The translations under genes and the position numbers were made by a program. Of a stretch of DNA of 64,000 nt, positions 59,704 to 64,000 are shown piece by piece. The notes beneath the pieces are model-generated. The model saw only the letters and a program-made list of their open reading frames with translations. It did not search any database and had not been told where the DNA came from. Origin of the DNA: a virus. The stretch lies in the IMG/VR virus record IMGVR_UViG_3300025684_000010; one strand, written 5' to 3'. Within the stretch, counting starts at the first letter, position 1, and the number at the start of each line of letters is the position of its first letter.

Positions 59704-60099
59704 TTAGCCACCTTCATTAATTTTATCATGGATAGTTTCAAGCTGTTCTTTGTTCAATACCTTAAGATATTGTTTGGCAACAGTTCGGTTGCATTCATAT
59801 ACTTTCTGTATTGCATCTAGGTTAATATCTTTATCAGCCTTTGGCCATTTAGAGAATCTCTTACGCTTACGAAGTACCGCTTTATAATAATCAAACTGAG
59901 CTGCATCAAATAAACCATGACGCATATTCATTTCGTTTGCATGTAAGATGGTGTCCTCAAAATTAGTAAAGCCACGGTTCACTACATAAGGCGTATACAT
60001 CTTTTCAGTGTGTTCAGGTATATCGCTATTACGAATAAGATCTTCCTTAGAAAAGGACGCAGCGTTCATAAAATCAAATGGTGTTAGATCTTTCATCAA
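59704..60099 (-). CDS. gp62: Clamp loader small subunit gp62
   Basis: PFDFMN, Y.PY.VNRG...F.DT...ANEMN, Q.DYY...L.K.KRFSKW.K. It lies between gp44 and regA. Confidence 0.92.
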   Translation of the reverse strand: MMKDLTPFDFMNAASFSKEDLIRNSDIPEHTEKMYTPYVVNRGFTNFEDTILHANEMNMRHGLFDAAQFDYYKAVLRKRKRFSKWPKADKDINLDAIQKVYECNRTVAKQYLKVLNKEQLETIHDKINEGG

Positions 60100-60259
60100 T
60101 CAGCTCCTCGTATTCTTTTACCATAACGTTAAAATGAGAACCACATTTATCACAAAGAGTAAGTTTAGTTTTACCATCTTCGGTATTCATTTCAACCACA
60201 TAAGATTTCTTTTTTGAAGTTTTGGTACCGCAGTTAAAACATTCAAGTTTTCCAATCAT
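60074..60259 (-). CDS. Small Zn-ribbon-like protein (61 aa)
   Basis: CFNC...CDKC pairs. The ORF is coupled to the gp44 stop and overlaps the gp62 start. Confidence 0.6.
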   Translation of the reverse strand: MIGKLECFNCGTKTSKKKSYVVEMNTEDGKTKLTLCDKCGSHFNVMVKEYEELIDERSNTI

Positions 60260-61212
60260 TATGAGTACTCACATTCAATCATTACTTCTGTTAGGAAGGC
60301 AACCATATTAATTTCTTGGTCAGCAACCAAACCGGACTTGTACATATAATCAGCCAATGTAACTATAAATCCTGCTTGTGATTGTAATGTGACTTTGCTT
60401 GACATCATATCATAGATACGACGAAACATTTCATTCATATCTTGATCTGAGTTCTTGGCAACCCATTTACGCATATCGGTAAATTGTTTTGCTTTGAGTA
60501 AACGAAATAGATCATCAATAGATTCCTGGGCAAGATTAACAAAGATACCTTCATCAATTTTACCAGATGCAGCATACGATTGTAATTCAGTTAATACTCT
60601 ACGGAAATCTGGAAAATGTTTCTCAATTACTTTAGCAACAACCTTAGGATCGTATTGAACTTCTTCTTGGTCAAGTATTGCCTTAACGCGTTTAAAGAAT
60701 TCCATTGCCATCTGTGGACGGTCAGCAGTATCAATAGAGAAGTCTATTTCAGACAACCTTGAACGTAATGGACTGATAATACGATTCTTGAAATTACAAG
60801 TAAAGATAAAGCCACAATTTGAACTGTATTCTTCAATAAAGTTACGAAGAGCAGGCTGAACGTTTGCTGCGTTCAAATAATCTGCTTCGTCAAAGATAAC
60901 ATACTTACGGCCTGTTCCTGTGAGAGAAACAGCGGAAGCGAAAGTAGAGATGTCGTATCGGAGGGTATCTATATTAACATTAAGAGAACCATTCTTTACG
61001 ATATAATCGCAACCTAGTTCTTCTAACATGGCTTTCGCAATTGTAGTTTTACCTACACCTGGACCACCAGTTAATAATAGATTTGGAACACTTCCGTCTG
61101 ATACGAACTTGCGAAAGGATTCTTTTGTCTTGCTTGGTAGAATAGTATCATCAACGATTTGTGGACGGTACTTCTCAACCCATAAGACTTCGTTTGATTT
61201 TGCATCAATCAT
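60259..61212 (-). CDS. gp44: Clamp loader large subunit gp44 (AAA+)
   Basis: LWVEKYRP, Walker A GGPGVGKTT, Walker B IFDEAD and SRC-like SPLRSRL. Confidence 0.97.
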   Translation of the reverse strand: MIDAKSNEVLWVEKYRPQIVDDTILPSKTKESFRKFVSDGSVPNLLLTGGPGVGKTTIAKAMLEELGCDYIVKNGSLNVNIDTLRYDISTFASAVSLTGTGRKYVIFDEADYLNAANVQPALRNFIEEYSSNCGFIFTCNFKNRIISPLRSRLSEIDFSIDTADRPQMAMEFFKRVKAILDQEEVQYDPKVVAKVIEKHFPDFRRVLTELQSYAASGKIDEGIFVNLAQESIDDLFRLLKAKQFTDMRKWVAKNSDQDMNEMFRRIYDMMSSKVTLQSQAGFIVTLADYMYKSGLVADQEINMVAFLTEVMIECEYS

Positions 61213-61241
61213 AATTCACCATAAACATAATATAAAATAAA

Positions 61242-61290
61242 AATTTCGAGAAATCAGCAGGGGTGTTTCCACCCCCACCTCTCGAGAAAT
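61242..61290 (-). terminator. Extended hairpin followed by a U-rich tract; possible terminator or attenuator
   Basis: The minus strand has a GGGGTG-GAAA-CACCCC core and an outer TCGAGA/TCTCGA stem, followed by AATTTTTATTTT. Confidence 0.5.
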
Positions 61291-61300
61291 GAGCTGTAGT

Positions 61301-61576
61301 TTAATCTACGAGCTTACCAGCCAATTCGCCTTCAGCACCAGTATCAACATTTACGGCGCCTTCACCAACCCCTTCAGGTTGCTTTGGTCCTTTCTGTCTT
61401 AGGAATGCTTCGAGTTTATTTCTTAGCATACCGATACCAGCTAGTTCTTGCCCTTGGAATCCACCGCGAGTACTGACCACGTCAATGATCTGTAGTAGCG
61501 TTGAGATATCTCCAAGAGTAATTACGGCTTCTTGCTCTTGCTGTTGGCCTTGTTGCATTGCATCATTCATATTCAT
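61301..61576 (-). CDS. Hypothetical protein (91 aa)
   Basis: ORF coupled to the gp45 stop. Core IIDVVSTRGGFQGQELAGIG.LR.KL. Confidence 0.7.
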   Translation of the reverse strand: MNMNDAMQQGQQQEQEAVITLGDISTLLQIIDVVSTRGGFQGQELAGIGMLRNKLEAFLRQKGPKQPEGVGEGAVNVDTGAEGELAGKLVD

Positions 61577-62238
61577 TACCTTTTATTATAAGTCGACTTT
61601 GAATCAATTGCCACGTAATACGTGACGCCTTCGCCTTTAAATTGTGAGATACCTTTTGAACAAAGCGTAACCTCATAATCTATTGGCATTAGTTTCAAGT
61701 TATCAGTTTTAATGATAATCCTGAACTCATCGGCAGTTTCCCCAATTTCAACGCCAAAGTCATCTGCGTTGTCGTTGGCACTGTCGATTGCTTTCAGATA
61801 GCATTTGCCGCCTTCGCCTACAAACGCAATCTCCGAAAATTGTAATACCCCTGCCGCCTTCAATACTGAAGACAACGTATCTGCCGTTACATCCACAACA
61901 ACATCAGCAGTAGGAATATTAATTTCCTTTTCTGGTGGAGTGTGAATCATTGATAGATCTGCAAAGACATACTTGGTACGTCTTTTTCCTTCCGAGATAA
62001 TAAAGTATTTATCAAAAAACTCCACATCTGGATCATTATATAGAGATAAAATTGAAAGAAAGCGCGATAAGTCGTAAATACAAGCATCAGCTGGTATTTC
62101 TTGACCGATATTCGCAATCGCAATCAATGTTTTCTCTGGAGTTATAGTCTTAATAACTGAACCAGCTGACAACAAGATTGACTTGTTGATAGAGGTAAAG
62201 CTTTTTAGGACCGTCAAGGTTTCGTTAGAAAATTTCAT
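61576..62238 (-). CDS. gp45: Sliding clamp gp45
   Basis: MKFSNETL.VLKSF.SIN.SI, IYDL..FL..LSL..DP, L.L.P..Y.V.....GIS.F...V.YYVA. Confidence 0.95.
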   Translation of the reverse strand: MKFSNETLTVLKSFTSINKSILLSAGSVIKTITPEKTLIAIANIGQEIPADACIYDLSRFLSILSLYNDPDVEFFDKYFIISEGKRRTKYVFADLSMIHTPPEKEINIPTADVVVDVTADTLSSVLKAAGVLQFSEIAFVGEGGKCYLKAIDSANDNADDFGVEIGETADEFRIIIKTDNLKLMPIDYEVTLCSKGISQFKGEGVTYYVAIDSKSTYNKR

Positions 62239-62271
62239 TATATAAGTTTCTCCATTAGTTTATTGTTGTAT

Positions 62272-62300
62272 ATTATAACAGGTTTATTTAGATTTGTCAA
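62272..62300 (-). promoter_or_regulatory. Perfect sigma70 promoter TTGACA-N17-TATAAT (gp45 operon)
   Basis: -35 at 62295-62300, -10 at 62272-62277. Confidence 0.85.
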
Positions 62301-63153
62301 TAGGATTATAAGACTTTCTGTTAGATGTATTATCTGCAGTTGCCGTAACACCTAATTGACCGAGAGATCCCATGTCACCCTTAAAGATATAAGAACCAAC
62401 ATGGTTGATTTTCATCCAAGGACACATCCATACTGATAGACCAGCTTTACGAGCCATTCTACAGAAGAAGTAGTCTTCAGATAAGTACCTTCTAGATTCT
62501 GGGTCAATGACACAATCAAAGAAAGCGTGGATATCACGAGTACCGTCAAATTGTTCTGTCCTAACGTGATCTGGTCTATATGCCAATTCAGGATAAGCAT
62601 CTCGATATTTTTCTAATGCCTCTCTTGTAATTAGCATAAACCCAGTACCGCCTTCGGCAACTTCAACAGGTTCTGCGAGTTTAAATTGTTTTATATCTCC
62701 GACTGGATTAAAAACAAAATCTGATGTAAATTTTTCTAAGTCGAAAGGATTCTCTTTACCTACTCCATGTTGAGCAGCTGCAGCTACCTTTTCCCAAGCA
62801 ATTGTCTTCTTAGGATACGGTCCACATACAACATCGTATTTTTCTGGATCTGAAACTTGTAACGCAAGTAATGCTAACGCGTCACGTGGATCAAATCCAA
62901 TGTCTGCATCAATAAACAATAAATGAGTACAATCAGAACGAAGGAATTCATCTACGATATAGTTCCTTGCTCGTTGAATTAAACTTTCGTTGAATAGAAA
63001 GTAGTACTTCATTGGAATTTTGTGAGAACTACATAGCATACTTAAATCGTTAGTCGACTTAGTATAGATACCTGTACATTGACCACCATACATAGGTGTA
63101 CCAATAAAGAGTCTTTGTTTTTGTAGTTCTTCTGTCTTTACTTCTAACTTCAT
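62284..63153 (-). CDS. Glycosyltransferase-like protein (GT-A fold) (289 aa)
   Basis: LFIGTPMYGG, ESLIQRARN, THLLFIDADI (DxD), GTGFMLI.R and YLSEDYFFC. Confidence 0.7.
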   Translation of the reverse strand: MKLEVKTEELQKQRLFIGTPMYGGQCTGIYTKSTNDLSMLCSSHKIPMKYYFLFNESLIQRARNYIVDEFLRSDCTHLLFIDADIGFDPRDALALLALQVSDPEKYDVVCGPYPKKTIAWEKVAAAAQHGVGKENPFDLEKFTSDFVFNPVGDIKQFKLAEPVEVAEGGTGFMLITREALEKYRDAYPELAYRPDHVRTEQFDGTRDIHAFFDCVIDPESRRYLSEDYFFCRMARKAGLSVWMCPWMKINHVGSYIFKGDMGSLGQLGVTATADNTSNRKSYNPIDKSK

Positions 63154-63788
63154 ACTGTAATTTGCTCCATATCATTTTCTGCTCTAGTGATTGACTGTAA
63201 TCTTAATACATCAGCCAATATGTCCCATGCCGAATCGTGTGCTTTAAATACTGAATCCCACTTATCTTCGTTTGCACAAGGAGGGAATCCGTTCTTCTTT
63301 AAACCAAAATCAAACTTTGCATCAATAAAGGTTCTTGTATCTCTAACAGACCAATGCTTAAGGTGTGATTGTAGATGACCTACTTTACCTTGAGACTTAA
63401 AGAGTCTTTCAAGAATAACAGGATCAAAGGAATTAGATCTTGACCACCAATAGTTAATCTTTGGAGAATCAATCAAAAAGTCGGTAAACTGTTTCACAAA
63501 GTCTTCAACCGATAAGTCTGAACTTCTAGGAGCAATATTCTTTCTTACTTCTGAATCCTGTTTAGACCAAAAGTCGAGAGTGCCTTTATCGACTACCCAA
63601 CCATAGTTCTTTACTTGTTCTGCTACATCCAATTTAAATTTCTTTGCTTTGAATACATCACTTAAGTTATAGGGATTATCAGATGTAAACTTGTCCCACT
63701 GAAATACCATTACAGATACATCAATGACTGCGCAGTTATGAACATCTTGTCCCATTGTTTCGAAGTCGATGATTAAATCGTTTCTCAT
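63150..63788 (-). CDS. dexA: DexA-like 3'-5' exonuclease (DEDDh)
   Basis: IIDFETMG, W.RS.SFD..IL, W..RD.RT.I and AHDS..D...D closely follow T4 DexA motifs. Confidence 0.88.
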   Translation of the reverse strand: MRNDLIIDFETMGQDVHNCAVIDVSVMVFQWDKFTSDNPYNLSDVFKAKKFKLDVAEQVKNYGWVVDKGTLDFWSKQDSEVRKNIAPRSSDLSVEDFVKQFTDFLIDSPKINYWWSRSNSFDPVILERLFKSQGKVGHLQSHLKHWSVRDTRTFIDAKFDFGLKKNGFPPCANEDKWDSVFKAHDSAWDILADVLRLQSITRAENDMEQITV

Positions 63789-63813
63789 ATGTTTACCTTT
63801 AATTTAATATACT

Positions 63814-63842
63814 ATTATAACAAACTTTACTAGTCTTGTCAA
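63814..63842 (-). promoter_or_regulatory. Perfect sigma70 promoter TTGACA-N17-TATAAT (dexA)
   Basis: -35 at 63837-63842, -10 at 63814-63819. Confidence 0.85.
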
Positions 63843-63847
63843 TAGTT

Positions 63848-64000
63848 TTATGCAAAGAATTCATCTAAGTTTGGAGTTGTGTCTACACCATTCTTGTCAT
63901 GTTCCATTAATTGCTTATGGTTATTCTGTCGAAGATAGGTTGACTCTGACATATCGAGTTCGCCTGTAAGGAACTTAGCAATTTCACTATGGAGATCAGC
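63848..64000 (-). CDS. C-terminal 50 aa of an upstream gene cut by the window edge
   Basis: Open frame ADLHSEIAKFLTGEL...TPNLDEFFA*. The acidic-aromatic LDEFF tail is typical of T4-like proteins. Function cannot be assigned from this fragment. Confidence 0.6.
   Translation of the reverse strand, partial: ADLHSEIAKFLTGELDMSESTYLRQNNHKQLMEHDKNGVDTTPNLDEFFA

Noticed and set aside
1-64000. Stop-codon reassignment, introns or inteins, tRNAs
   Set aside because: Conserved genes are intact under the standard code, and TAA, TAG (51905) and TGA (50246) all end genes. gp44, gp45 and regA have normal lengths. I recognised no tRNA cloverleaf.
1-64000. Calling the phage a cyanophage because of the phycobiliprotein-like repeats
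   Set aside because: No photosynthesis genes (psbA, hli, cpeT, pebS) lie in this window, and the ROSE-like leader points instead to proteobacteria. The host remains unresolved.
63848-64000. Assigning the edge fragment as a DNA methyltransferase
   Set aside because: Only 50 C-terminal residues are visible and they contain no catalytic motif.

Overview
This 64-kb, AT-rich window comes from a large T4-like myovirus, probably aquatic or marine. The host cannot be identified from this window. Positions 1-53277 are a minus-strand late block: about 29 kb of tail-fibre and adhesin genes (including a 3641-aa giant protein and a 1819-aa Gly-X-Gln collagen-like fibre), then VrlC-like, gp8, an S8 protease, a gp9-like protein, gp7, gp6, gp25, an M15 peptidase, gp5, a hub protein, a split gp53 and gp48. 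Positions 53367-57997 are a plus-strand block: gp4, gp2, gp54, gp26, gp51 and a tape-measure-like gene. Positions 58064-64000 are a minus-strand early/replication block: peroxiredoxin, hsp20, regA, gp62, gp44, gp45, a glycosyltransferase-like gene and dexA. Three candidates stand out. (1) An apparent programmed -1 ribosomal frameshift fuses gp26 to gp51 just upstream of the tape-measure gene, with an internal SD, a T_TTT_TTT heptamer and a downstream hairpin, like lambda G/GT. (2) The giant virion protein carries 11 intact repeats plus 1 degenerate repeat resembling the phycobiliprotein bilin-binding site (C-x-R-D), interleaved with Cys/His-rich beta modules, two of which are nested. (3) The hsp20 leader has a ROSE-like RNA thermometer. 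Several baseplate proteins also carry appended enzyme or metal-binding domains (esterase on gp7, cupredoxin on the gp9-like protein, a metallopeptidase-like insert in the subtilase). All assignments come from manual motif recognition; no database search or folding calculation was run.
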